Source of the DNA: a virus
DNA length: 64,000 nt
Strand: one strand, 5' to 3'
Virus record (IMG/VR): IMGVR_UViG_3300032087_004567
Position 1 is the first letter of the stretch, and each line of letters begins with the position of its first letter. This document shows positions 36,941 through 46,607 of this stretch, in pieces. The notes under the pieces were generated by a model, which had not been told where the DNA came from, did no database searches, and saw only the letters and a program-made list of their open reading frames with translations. The translations under genes and the position numbers were made by a program.

Positions 36941-38394
36941 ATTTAAAAAAATTAAAAGAAGTATTAAACATTAAAGAAATTAGTAAAGCTACTAAAGCAT
37001 CATATGTACAAAAAGCTACATCAGATCTTTTTAAACAAGGTTCTGCCATGTCTACAGCTGTTAGTAAAGGTGATTCAGCTGCTGCAGATAAAGCAACAAA
37101 GAAAGCAACTAAAAGAGCAATTAATATTCAAAATCTTGTTCATAAAGGATTGTACAATAATAAAGAAGGGAAACTTGATGAGTTATCTCCAGAAACTTTA
37201 AAAAAGTATAAAACAGCAGTAGATAAGAAACATACTGTTAAAGATTATGATCCAAGTAAAGGTGTAAACAGATATACATCGAAAGGCATACAAAGATTTA
37301 AAAGCCATGATCAAGAGCGTAAACGTGATACTGGTGTTGCTCGTGCGAACGATAGACTTAAAAAAGTAGAAGAAAATTTGATGCTTAAAAATCCTTACAA
37401 AGGTATGGATAAAGATAAGTTACAAGCTAAACATAAATCATTTAATAGACAAATTGCCGATCTAGAAAATAAAAAAATGAGAAGCAATATGGGTGCCGCC
37501 AAAGGACCTGGTGGTTATGATAGAGAAATATCAAGATATAAAACTAAACTACAACATGTTAAAAATGCTATGAAAGAGGCTCATGAAATGTGTCCAGATG
37601 AGTGTTGTGGTAAGCCAGTATCTGAATGCGATTGCGGACCTGAATGTAAACACTGTGATTGCTATTTTAAAAATATGCCTGAGGAAAAGCAAAACACTAA
37701 AGAAGAAAAACCTTGTTGGGATGGTTATAAACAAGTTGGTACTAAAATGAAAAATGGTAGAGAAGTACCTAACTGTGTTCCCGAAGAAACAGAAATACAA
37801 GAAGCAGGACATGCTGATGTTAAGTCAGCAAAGAATCAAGTTAAGATAGCAATGAGTGCGTTAGAGAAAATGAACACTGAATTATCTAAACTTAGTGATG
37901 AAGATTCTTTACCTACATGGTGGACTAATAAAGTAGCTATAGCTGTCGATAAGTTAGATGGAATGGCCGACTACTTAGATACACAGGTTGAAGGTAAAGT
38001 AAATGAAATTAGTACTGATACTAAAAAAATGTATATACAAAAAGCAACAAAAGACATAGCTAATAGAGGAATGGATAGAGGTATGGCTATGTCTAGAGAT
38101 GGCGATCAAGCTGATCAGTTAGCTAAAGCTGCAGATAAAGTAATAAAGAAAAGACAAAAAGGTATTACTAAAGCAGTTAAGAGTATGACTAAAAATGAAG
38201 CATTAGAAATTGGTACTGATAAAATAGTAGATGTTTATAAAAATATGACACCAGGTCAAACTGGTAATCAATATAGATCAGTTGCATCTGTTTATAGAGA
38301 TATGACTAAGAAAAGAACAGAGATAGAAAGAGTTGCAAGATCAAAGAAAACAGATGTCGCAAGTTCAAGAGGCGATCAACAACAGAATTCATAA
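36919..38394 (+). CDS. Multidomain putative internal head polyprotein
   Basis: Repeated IKEIS, LDELS, VEEN, IQEA, VNEIS, KNEAL junctions; Cys-rich and PCWDGY...VPNCVPE modules. Confidence 0.7.
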   Translation: MELQGMVNLKKLKEVLNIKEISKATKASYVQKATSDLFKQGSAMSTAVSKGDSAAADKATKKATKRAINIQNLVHKGLYNNKEGKLDELSPETLKKYKTAVDKKHTVKDYDPSKGVNRYTSKGIQRFKSHDQERKRDTGVARANDRLKKVEENLMLKNPYKGMDKDKLQAKHKSFNRQIADLENKKMRSNMGAAKGPGGYDREISRYKTKLQHVKNAMKEAHEMCPDECCGKPVSECDCGPECKHCDCYFKNMPEEKQNTKEEKPCWDGYKQVGTKMKNGREVPNCVPEETEIQEAGHADVKSAKNQVKIAMSALEKMNTELSKLSDEDSLPTWWTNKVAIAVDKLDGMADYLDTQVEGKVNEISTDTKKMYIQKATKDIANRGMDRGMAMSRDGDQADQLAKAADKVIKKRQKGITKAVKSMTKNEALEIGTDKIVDVYKNMTPGQTGNQYRSVASVYRDMTKKRTEIERVARSKKTDVASSRGDQQQNS

Positions 38395-39469
38395 AATAGG
38401 AGATAATATGTTAAGAAACACACCAAAGACCGTCATTGATGCAGTCAGCGGCATAATGAAAGATACAAGGACTAAAGCTGATAAGGAGCATTTTCAAGTT
38501 GAAGGAAGATTTAGATTAAATATGATGGAAAAAATGCAAATGGAATATGTTGTACCAGAAGGTATTGAGAAAGAGGCAAGAGCACATTTTATGGGTGCTG
38601 CAGCTGCGGCTCATAAATCTGGTAAGAAAAAATTTAACTTCCAAGGTAAATCATATCCAGTACAAATTAAAAAGCACGTAGCTAAAAAAGTAAATGAAGA
38701 TGATATGAAAATATCTGATAAAGACATTACTAAAGCTGCAAAGAAAGTTGAGAAAACTGAAAATAAAGATACACCAGGTAATAGTTATTCTCATCAATGT
38801 GCAAATCATGTTAAGCATGAGAAGTTTGGTGAAGGTAAAACTTTATTCAGTCAGCATGCAGAACCTGATGCATTTGGAAACATAATGTGGTATGATGTTA
38901 TGTTTGAGCACGGTATTGAAAAGAAAGTATCTATTGAAGAGCTTAAAGTTCTAACTTCTAGCAATCATGGTAATCATAAAAAGAAAACTAATGAAGAAGT
39001 AGAACAAATCGATGAAGCTACACCAACTAGAAAGCAAGTTAAAATGGCAATAGGTATTGCACGTGATAAAAGATATGCTGGTGGTAATATGACTGGTGCA
39101 GTTAAAGCTATGGATAAGATTAATAAAGGTCTTGCACAACATCCAAAAGTTGCTGATGAGTTAAGAAAGCAAAACGAAGATGTAGAAGAAGTTGATGAGG
39201 CAAGAGGTCGTCCTAAAAAAGGAGGCGGTAGTTCAGAAGATGAGCCTGATCAGAACATTGTTGTACATTTAAAAAAATCTATTGATACAAATGGTGCACA
39301 TCATGTTAAATTTGGTGATGGTTCTAAAAAGCAAGTTCCACATAAAGTAGCAAGTAAAGTTTTAGCTGGAATGAGTAAACTAAAGCCAGATCAAAGATTA
39401 GAGATTCAAAACCATATTGGTAAGAATCATAAGAATTTAATGCAAGTTCATGGAATGTTAGGAAAATAA
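38333..39469 (+). CDS. Multidomain putative internal head polyprotein (likely start 38408)
   Basis: VNED, EQIDEA, EEVDEARGRP junctions; SD aggag before 38408. Confidence 0.7.
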   Translation: MQDQRKQMSQVQEAINNRIHKIGDNMLRNTPKTVIDAVSGIMKDTRTKADKEHFQVEGRFRLNMMEKMQMEYVVPEGIEKEARAHFMGAAAAAHKSGKKKFNFQGKSYPVQIKKHVAKKVNEDDMKISDKDITKAAKKVEKTENKDTPGNSYSHQCANHVKHEKFGEGKTLFSQHAEPDAFGNIMWYDVMFEHGIEKKVSIEELKVLTSSNHGNHKKKTNEEVEQIDEATPTRKQVKMAIGIARDKRYAGGNMTGAVKAMDKINKGLAQHPKVADELRKQNEDVEEVDEARGRPKKGGGSSEDEPDQNIVVHLKKSIDTNGAHHVKFGDGSKKQVPHKVASKVLAGMSKLKPDQRLEIQNHIGKNHKNLMQVHGMLGK

Positions 39470-39736
39470 ATGGCTCTTAGGATTAAACCTGGTAAGTTAA
39501 AAATAGGTAAAGATCTTGTTAAAGAGTTAGATGAGTTGAGAGCTGAAGTTAACGAACTTAAAGAGAAGATTGAAAGTGGTACTGTAGTTAAACAACAAGT
39601 AGTTCAACAAGTTGTACAACAGCAAGTACCTCAATCTACTTCTAGAAGAGTAGTTAATACTAATTTAGAAAGAACTAAAACATTAATAAAAAAAGAGGGT
39701 AAGCGGTCTTCGTATTTACAAGACATGCTTAAATAA
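39470..39736 (+). CDS. Hypothetical protein
   Basis: Operon packing; coiled coil, QQVV repeats. Confidence 0.6.
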   Translation: MALRIKPGKLKIGKDLVKELDELRAEVNELKEKIESGTVVKQQVVQQVVQQQVPQSTSRRVVNTNLERTKTLIKKEGKRSSYLQDMLK

Positions 39737-39782
39737 GAGAACATAAATATTATAGTAACAATTAATAAAGGGAGAAGTAAAA

Positions 39783-40781
39783 ATGTCACTTTGGGGCAAA
39801 TTTGATGCTAAGTCATCTAATACTGGTACTATTCAAGTATTCGCGAATGGTCTAGTAACTGGTACCTCAACAATCTTCGATGACGAAGCTGCAGTTGGGG
39901 ATTTCATTGTAACAAGTAATGATGCAGACGGACAAACAAAATATTTAATTACATCAATTGAATCAAATACTGAATGTCATGTTGCATCTCAAGAATTAGG
40001 ATTATCTGTTGCCGCAGTTGCTGCTGGTAATACATACACCTTTCAAGAAGCACCTAAGTACGTTGCTGTATCACACGCAGGTGGTGCTGGTGATGGTGCT
40101 AATGATGTATTCGGTCTAGCAAATGGTGAGGTTGGTGCACAAGATGGTCCAGTCTTATCAGCAGAAGTAACTTTTGCAGGATCAGCCTATGGTGCTAATG
40201 CAACTGTAGCTATTGATGGAACTGGTTCTTCAGCTACTGCTAATTCAGTTGCTAACACAACAGGTAAAATTTCAACAGTAAATATTACAGCTGGTGGTAC
40301 TGATTATACAACAGGTTCTACAACAGTAACAATTGATCCACCTGCCGCAATTTCTTTTAATGCATTAACTGCTGTATCAAATACAGATGAGACTATTACA
40401 TTATCAGATGCATCATTTATTGAAGTTGGAGATAAATTAACCTATGCTGTTGCATCAGGTAATACTGCAGTTGGTGGTTTAGATGATGGTACACAATACT
40501 TTGTATCTTTTGCTAACGATACAGTAGTTGCATTATCTACAACAAACGGTGGTGCTAATATCGATTTAACAGCTGGTGTTACTGAAACAGGTCATACGTT
40601 AACTGGTGAAACTGCAACAGCTGCCGCTACAGTTGGTGGTGCAGGTATTGGTACTCATGCAGGTTGGGTTAAAAGAACAGTAGGTACTGGTGGAAGAGCT
40701 GGAAGAGTTCAATACGAAACACTAGTTGCTGGTAGCTCAATTGTAGGCGACCAAGAGGATGATATTACACCAGATAGCTAA
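39783..40781 (+). CDS. Virion structural protein
   Basis: MSLWG start, HAGWV...GRV..ETLVA C-terminal motif; Thr/Ala/Gly-rich. Confidence 0.7.
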   Translation: MSLWGKFDAKSSNTGTIQVFANGLVTGTSTIFDDEAAVGDFIVTSNDADGQTKYLITSIESNTECHVASQELGLSVAAVAAGNTYTFQEAPKYVAVSHAGGAGDGANDVFGLANGEVGAQDGPVLSAEVTFAGSAYGANATVAIDGTGSSATANSVANTTGKISTVNITAGGTDYTTGSTTVTIDPPAAISFNALTAVSNTDETITLSDASFIEVGDKLTYAVASGNTAVGGLDDGTQYFVSFANDTVVALSTTNGGANIDLTAGVTETGHTLTGETATAAATVGGAGIGTHAGWVKRTVGTGGRAGRVQYETLVAGSSIVGDQEDDITPDS

Positions 40782-40796
40782 TAGTTAAGGAAACAA

Positions 40797-41816
40797 ATGG
40801 CTGAACGATCTAAAAAAATAACTGAGTTAAATGCGTTAACAAATATGCCAGGAACTGATTTACTACTTACAGTAAATCAGCCTGGTACCTCTAACGTAGA
40901 AACTAAAAAAATAACATTAAGTAATTTATGTGCAAACATAAATCCAACAACAACCTTTACTGGTTCTGTTTCTACAAGAGGTGCATTGACAGTTAACAAT
41001 AGTACTTCAACAGGTAATATAGTTATAAGCTCTACTGCAAACCTTATTGTTAATGCAACAGCGACATTTACTAACACAGTTACTTTTTCTAATACTGTTA
41101 CGTATAATCAGATTGAGGCCAATACTTTAACATTAACTGGTAACACACAAATAGTTGCCAATGGTGCTTTAATTACAAGTGTTGATGCAATTACAGTAGG
41201 AGGTAACACTCCTGCAACATTACTTGCTGCATCAGATACTGCATATACAAACGCTGTAGCCAATGCAGTTAGTTTAGCTAATGACGCATATACTAATGCA
41301 GTAGCAAATGCAGTATACCTATCAGACACGGCCTATTCAAATGCGGTAACTGTATCAGGAACAAATTCAGATACAGCTTATACAAATGCCGTAGCTAATG
41401 CAGTCTATCTTTCAGATACAGCATATTCAAATGCAGTTACTGTTTCAGGTACTAATTCAGATACAGCATATACAAATGCAATTGCTATAGCTGCAAATGC
41501 CGATAACATAACAAGCGGTACTTTAACTACTTCTCTCTTGCCCGCAACCGCAAATGTTTCGACAGCAGTTAATGTAGGTGCTAATGTAAACCTAACAGTA
41601 AGTTCTATCAATGTAGGTAATTCAACAGTTAACACTGTAGCAAATAGTACATCATTAAATACAACAAAAATATTTTTATCTACATCTGATGCACCAAGTT
41701 CAAATACAGATACTGGTACATTAGGTGAGATAAGAATTGATACTAATTACATTTATGTTTGTGTGGCGACAGATACATGGAAAAGAGTCGAACTAAGTAA
41801 TTGGGGAGGGGTATAA
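40797..41816 (+). CDS. Fibre-like structural protein with tandem repeats
   Basis: KKITELN N-terminus, DTAYTNAV repeats, GEIRIDTNYIYVCVATDTWKR C-terminus. Confidence 0.75.
   Translation: MAERSKKITELNALTNMPGTDLLLTVNQPGTSNVETKKITLSNLCANINPTTTFTGSVSTRGALTVNNSTSTGNIVISSTANLIVNATATFTNTVTFSNTVTYNQIEANTLTLTGNTQIVANGALITSVDAITVGGNTPATLLAASDTAYTNAVANAVSLANDAYTNAVANAVYLSDTAYSNAVTVSGTNSDTAYTNAVANAVYLSDTAYSNAVTVSGTNSDTAYTNAIAIAANADNITSGTLTTSLLPATANVSTAVNVGANVNLTVSSINVGNSTVNTVANSTSLNTTKIFLSTSDAPSSNTDTGTLGEIRIDTNYIYVCVATDTWKRVELSNWGGV
41287..41466 (+). repeat. Two 90-bp tandem units encoding identical 30-aa repeats
   Basis: AYTNAVANAVYLSDTAYSNAVTVSGTNSDT twice, differing at synonymous sites. Confidence 0.8.
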
Positions 41817-41833
41817 TTACTTGGTAATACTTT

Positions 41834-42226
41834 ATGGAAATATTGAATGATTCAAATTTTTTATTATATGCAGCAAAACATTATGATAATCCCTCTTGTT
41901 ATGATACAACTGAATTTTATGAAGATTTAAATAAGTTTAAGTATTTAAAAAGATTATTCAGTCGTTATGATGAAACAAATGAGTTAAGAGAAAGATTGAT
42001 TCTTAATCATATTATTGTAATATATAATTTGTTTGGAGTTGAGGCATCTACTAAGATGCTATTTTTTAAGTTAAAAGGTTATCATCATTATTTAAAACCT
42101 TTTTTAGTATTCTTAAATTACTGCCCAGAAATATTATATGGTGTAGAAGAAAATGTTTTACATGTAAATGATATATTAATGGATCCAGAAATTATAAAAG
42201 CTTTAAGGAAGATATGGCCAAGTTAA
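41834..42226 (+). CDS. Conserved T4-like hypothetical protein
   Basis: YAAKHYDNP, EFYEDL, RLILNHII. Confidence 0.8.
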   Translation: MEILNDSNFLLYAAKHYDNPSCYDTTEFYEDLNKFKYLKRLFSRYDETNELRERLILNHIIVIYNLFGVEASTKMLFFKLKGYHHYLKPFLVFLNYCPEILYGVEENVLHVNDILMDPEIIKALRKIWPS

Positions 42227-42690
42227 ACGAAAGTGTAGTAGATTTATTTCTAGTATATCAGTTTATAAAAAGACTAGTACTACCATTTAAAGAATGGCAA
42301 GCATATAAACTTGGTATCATAGATGATAAAGGTAAAGTACTTAAAAAAAGAAGTACTCTTAAAACCTCACAAGAAAAAAATGCATGGGGTTATTTTGATA
42401 TCCTTGCAACTAATCTAAAAAAATTATTAGCTAAAATTCCAGGTGGTGATACAAGACTGGCCTCTTATGCAGCCGCTGGTTTATTACTTCGTGAGGCTAA
42501 AGAACTTAGCGAAATGTCTGAAGAAGAAATAGAAGAAAAGGTAAAAGAATTACTTAAAGATTTAATTAAGGAAGATCCTGCAAATGTAGCAGGTGGTGGT
42601 CATGTTGCTGGTTTAGGAGTTGGACCTCAAGGTGAACCAGGTATTAAAAAATCATTATTATTGAGAAGAAAAAAACCAAAATATGTTTAG
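42214..42690 (+). CDS. Conserved T4-like hypothetical (head-associated) protein
   Basis: PFKEWQAYKLGIIDDKG; C-terminal IKEDPAN...GEPG. Confidence 0.75.
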   Translation: MAKLNESVVDLFLVYQFIKRLVLPFKEWQAYKLGIIDDKGKVLKKRSTLKTSQEKNAWGYFDILATNLKKLLAKIPGGDTRLASYAAAGLLLREAKELSEMSEEEIEEKVKELLKDLIKEDPANVAGGGHVAGLGVGPQGEPGIKKSLLLRRKKPKYV

Positions 42691-43174
42691 TGGATTATAT
42701 TTGAAATTAGCACTTGCAGGTGTTCTAGCTGCTAGTGTGCTAGGAGTTTATGCATATGTAAATGGACTAAAAGCTGATCTAGCAACTAGTGAAGCTAATA
42801 ATGTTAAACTAGAACAATCAATAGAACAACAACAGGAAGTAATTAAACAATTTCAAGCTGATATGAAGGCAAAAGAAATTGTTAATTCACAATTACGTAA
42901 TAAAATTAAACAACAAGAGAAACAAAAAGATAACTTAGTTAAAAAGTTTGAAAAGACTAAGAAAGATGGCACTAAGAGAGATATAGGTAAGTCTAGTGTA
43001 AAGAAACCTGAAAGAGTTAAAAAGATAATAAATAAAGGTACACGAGATGCCTATCGTTGTATTGCTATTGCATCTGGTGCACCATTAACTGAAAGTGAGA
43101 TAAATGCTACTAAGAAATCTGAAACAAACTCGCAATGTTCTGATATTGCTAATCCTAACTACGTTCCTAAGTAG
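42683..43174 (+). CDS. Inner-membrane spanin (Rz-like)
   Basis: N-terminal TM plus periplasmic coiled coil; overlaps a lipoprotein gene. Confidence 0.65.
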   Translation: MFSGLYLKLALAGVLAASVLGVYAYVNGLKADLATSEANNVKLEQSIEQQQEVIKQFQADMKAKEIVNSQLRNKIKQQEKQKDNLVKKFEKTKKDGTKRDIGKSSVKKPERVKKIINKGTRDAYRCIAIASGAPLTESEINATKKSETNSQCSDIANPNYVPK

Positions 43175-43508
43175 TTGCGCTTTATTTAGAGATCCTGTAA
43201 AAGAAATAGAAGTCGTAACTAAAACAATAGAACGTGTTCCGCTAAATATTCCAGATCAAGATCCTCTTTATCTTGTACCACCTGAGTGGTTTGTTGTAAC
43301 TCCTAATAACATCGATGAAGTATGGAGACAATTAGAGGAAGATGGTTTTGATGTAGTATTATTTGCTGTTACTGATGAAGGCTATAAACAAATATCTTAT
43401 GACTTTCTAAAGATAAGACAGCATATAAATTATAATAAATTTATTATTAGAAAATATAAAGAATATTACGAACCTAAGAAAGATAAAGATGATAATGGAA
43501 AAGACTGA
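43104..43508 (+). CDS. Outer-membrane lipoprotein spanin (Rz1-like)
   Basis: Lipobox FLSSC after hydrophobic stretch; Pro-rich; overlaps i-spanin. Confidence 0.65.
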   Translation: MLLRNLKQTRNVLILLILTTFLSSCALFRDPVKEIEVVTKTIERVPLNIPDQDPLYLVPPEWFVVTPNNIDEVWRQLEEDGFDVVLFAVTDEGYKQISYDFLKIRQHINYNKFIIRKYKEYYEPKKDKDDNGKD

Positions 43509-44241
43509 AGTACAAAATCTAGTTAGAATGTCAATGGTTGCATCAATAACATATCTTGATGGTAAACCAGCTAAACCTAAGTTTAAAGAACTAGGGTATA
43601 AGGTTGTTAACTTTTATGATATAGATGGTGCGCAAGGCTACCTCTTAAAGAATGATAATCATGTTTGTTTTTCATTTAGAGGAACAGAACCAAGAGAGTT
43701 AAGTGATATTAAAGCAGACATATATGCAGCTAGAGATGAAAATTTACCATATACACCTGGTAAAGTACATAGAGGATTTAAACAAGAGTTAGATAAACTA
43801 TGGCCTTTTTTAGTAAAGTATTTAAAAGAAGAAAATCCGCAAAATGTAATTGTAACTGGTCATTCACTTGGTGCAGCAATAGCAACTTTATTTTGTTCTA
43901 GAATCTTAGAGTTTAATCCTGTACTATACACTTTTGGATCACCGAGAGTTGGTAATATGGTATTTACTAATTTTCTATTTAATAATAATTTAACACATTA
44001 TAGAGTACAAAATAATAATGATTTAGTTTGTACAGTACCACCAAAGTGGTTGCTATATAAACATCATGGTCAGAATGTTTATATGAACACCTGGGGTCAT
44101 ATTAGAAATCTTAACCCATGGCAAAAATTTAAAGATAAGATAAGAGGTAGAATAGCTGCTTTAAAGAAAGGTCAGATATTTGATGGTTTAAGAGATCATA
44201 GTATGGTTAAATATGTTAAATATCTTACACAGAATAGCTAA
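43489..44241 (+). CDS. Class 3 lipase
   Basis: FRGT, VHRGF, TGHSLGAA, TFGSPRVG, ND.V..VP, DHS. Confidence 0.92.
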   Translation: MIMEKTEVQNLVRMSMVASITYLDGKPAKPKFKELGYKVVNFYDIDGAQGYLLKNDNHVCFSFRGTEPRELSDIKADIYAARDENLPYTPGKVHRGFKQELDKLWPFLVKYLKEENPQNVIVTGHSLGAAIATLFCSRILEFNPVLYTFGSPRVGNMVFTNFLFNNNLTHYRVQNNNDLVCTVPPKWLLYKHHGQNVYMNTWGHIRNLNPWQKFKDKIRGRIAALKKGQIFDGLRDHSMVKYVKYLTQNS

Positions 44242-44570
44242 TGTACTTTTGGATACTTAAATCTATTGCGGGAGGACTTTTAGGTTCTGCATCATCTAAA
44301 TGGTTTGGTAAAACTAGATTAGGACAATGGTGCTTTTTAAAATTTGAAGCATTAATGGATTGGGCAAAAGATAGATATGGTATTAATCTTCTTGATAAAG
44401 AAGATATTGAATGGAAAACTAAATTTCCTAGCGTAGCTGCATCATTCGATAAGCTACAAAAAAGAGTAAGAAGATTAGAAAAAAATAGTCACCCGGCTAG
44501 AGAGATAACAGAGTTTGATAGCTGGAAAGAAATAGACGAAAGAATAAAAAAACTGGAGAATAGAAAATGA
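44241..44570 (+). CDS. Hypothetical membrane-associated protein
   Basis: Overlapping start/stop; amphipathic N-terminus. Confidence 0.6.
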   Translation: MYFWILKSIAGGLLGSASSKWFGKTRLGQWCFLKFEALMDWAKDRYGINLLDKEDIEWKTKFPSVAASFDKLQKRVRRLEKNSHPAREITEFDSWKEIDERIKKLENRK

Positions 44571-45763
44571 AAATATTATGTATATTATACGACGACCCTA
44601 AAAATGGAATGCCTAAAAGTTATCCGCTTTCAGATATTCCAAAGTTAGAAAAATATCCTGATGGCATGGATCTTCCAACACCTAAAGGTAGAGATTTTAA
44701 GCCAGGTGAATTGTTAGGTTGTGTATCAGGTGAACTAGGATTAAGAAAGTTTTTAGAATCAGAAGGCCATGAACTTGTAGTAACTTCAAGTAAAGATGGT
44801 GAAGGATGTGAAGCAGATAAACATATCGTTGATGCTGATGTAGTAATTTCACAACCTTTCTTTCCTTATTATCTTACAAGACAAAAAATTGAAAAAGCAA
44901 AAAATCTTAAAATGGCTATAACAGCAGGTATAGGTTCAGACCATGTAGACTTACAAGCTGCTTTAGACCATAAGATAGATGTTGTAGAAGTAACTTATTG
45001 TAATTCGAGATCAGTTGCAGAACATATTGTTATGATGATTATTTCTATGGTTAGAGATTATCATAACCAACATAAAATTGTTAATGAAGGTGGTTGGAAT
45101 ATTGCTGATGCAGTACAAAGAAGTTATGATGTAGAAGGTATGCATATTGGTACAGTAGCAGCAGGTAGAATTGGACTTGATGCTTTAAGAAAAATGAAAC
45201 CATTTGATGTACATCTACACTATTTTGATAGACATAGATTACCTGAATCTGTTGAGAAGGAATTAAATCTTACTTTCCATGAGTCAGTTGAATCAATGGT
45301 TAAAGTATGTGATGTTGTAACAATCAATTGTCCATTACATCCAGAGACAGAAAATTTATTTGATGCAGAGATGGTAAGTAAAATGAAAAAAGGTGCTTAC
45401 ATTGTTAACACTGCAAGAGGTAAAATTTGTGATAAACAAGCCATAGCTGATGCATTAGAAAGTGGACAGTTATCTGGTTATGCAGGAGATGTTTGGTTTC
45501 CACAACCGGCACCAAATGATCATGTATGGAGATCTATGCCAAATCATGGTATGACACCGCACACTTCAGGAACATCTTTATCAGCACAAACAAGATATGC
45601 TGATGGTGTAAGAGAAATACTAGAATGTTTCTTTGATGGAAGACCAATTAGAGATCAGTACTTAATTGTTAAAAATGGTGAACTTGCAGGTATGGGTGCT
45701 CATAGTTATAGTAAAGGTACTGCAACAGGTGGATCAGAAGAAGCAGAAAAATATAAAAAATAA
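44567..45763 (+). CDS. fdh: NAD-dependent formate dehydrogenase
   Basis: PGELLGCVSGELGLR, ISQPFFP, TAGIGSDHVDL, NSRSVAEH, AAGRIG, NTARG, GDVWFPQPAP, TPHTSGTSLSAQ.RY. Confidence 0.95.
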   Translation: MKILCILYDDPKNGMPKSYPLSDIPKLEKYPDGMDLPTPKGRDFKPGELLGCVSGELGLRKFLESEGHELVVTSSKDGEGCEADKHIVDADVVISQPFFPYYLTRQKIEKAKNLKMAITAGIGSDHVDLQAALDHKIDVVEVTYCNSRSVAEHIVMMIISMVRDYHNQHKIVNEGGWNIADAVQRSYDVEGMHIGTVAAGRIGLDALRKMKPFDVHLHYFDRHRLPESVEKELNLTFHESVESMVKVCDVVTINCPLHPETENLFDAEMVSKMKKGAYIVNTARGKICDKQAIADALESGQLSGYAGDVWFPQPAPNDHVWRSMPNHGMTPHTSGTSLSAQTRYADGVREILECFFDGRPIRDQYLIVKNGELAGMGAHSYSKGTATGGSEEAEKYKK

Positions 45764-45780
45764 TGAAGGAAAAATAGAAA

Positions 45781-46242
45781 ATGAATTTATCAAAAAATTT
45801 TACATTGCATGAGATGATTAAATCTGATACTGCATTAAGAAGAGGGTTAGACAATGACCCTGATGAACAACAAATTTCTAACCTTACTAGACTGTGCGAA
45901 GAAATTTTACAACCAGTCAGAGAAAAGTTTGGGCCTACTAAAATTAATTCAGGATTTAGACACCCTGACGTTAACTCAGCTGTTGGAGGATCCAAAACAT
46001 CTGATCATTGTAAAGGAATGGCAGCTGATATTGAGGTGCCAGGAGTTGCTAATGCTGATCTTGCCCAATGGATTGTAGATAATTGTGAGTTTCGTCAAGT
46101 TATATTAGAATTTTATACACCAGGTATTCCTGATAGTGGTTGGGTGCATGTGTCATTTAATCCAGACGATAATAAGAAGCAAGTTTTAACTGCTATGAAA
46201 GAAAATGGTAGAACAGTGTATAAGGTTGGACTTATAGCTTAG
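45781..46242 (+). CDS. Peptidase M15A endolysin
   Basis: LSKNFTL.E, NSGFR, SDH..GMAAD, WVHVS. Confidence 0.88.
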   Translation: MNLSKNFTLHEMIKSDTALRRGLDNDPDEQQISNLTRLCEEILQPVREKFGPTKINSGFRHPDVNSAVGGSKTSDHCKGMAADIEVPGVANADLAQWIVDNCEFRQVILEFYTPGIPDSGWVHVSFNPDDNKKQVLTAMKENGRTVYKVGLIA

Positions 46243-46250
46243 TATAAATA
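46243..46250 (+). promoter_or_regulatory. T4 late promoter
   Basis: TATAAATA. Confidence 0.7.
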
Positions 46251-46284
46251 ATAATACGATAACAATAATAACAAAGGTTAAAAG

Positions 46285-46554
46285 ATGGTTGGTCATTCAT
46301 ATAAGATGGAGCTTGAGCAGTCACTTGATGTTAAGATAGCAGTAATGGAAAGCAAGTTAGAAGAAATCACCAAAGATATTAAAGAAATGCGTGACGAAAG
46401 CAAAGAACAGCATGAAGCTTTATTTGCACGTATCGATAGACTCGATAAAAGAATTAATTTAATAGAAAGATGGAGATGGATGCTTATTGGTGCTGCTGTG
46501 GTTATTGGTTATTTCTTAGCTGACTCGACTCTATTAAAATTATTCACAGGTTGA
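46285..46554 (+). CDS. Holin-like coiled-coil protein with C-terminal TM
   Basis: IERWRWMLIGAAVV; next to endolysin. Confidence 0.5.
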   Translation: MVGHSYKMELEQSLDVKIAVMESKLEEITKDIKEMRDESKEQHEALFARIDRLDKRINLIERWRWMLIGAAVVIGYFLADSTLLKLFTG

Positions 46555-46579
46555 TTATAAACTAATTTTGGTATATAAT
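46551..46579 (+). promoter_or_regulatory. Phage promoter upstream of primase
   Basis: TTGATT-17-TATAAT. Confidence 0.8.
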
Positions 46580-46607
46580 TGTATTGTTATGCAATTGAAA
46601 CCATATT

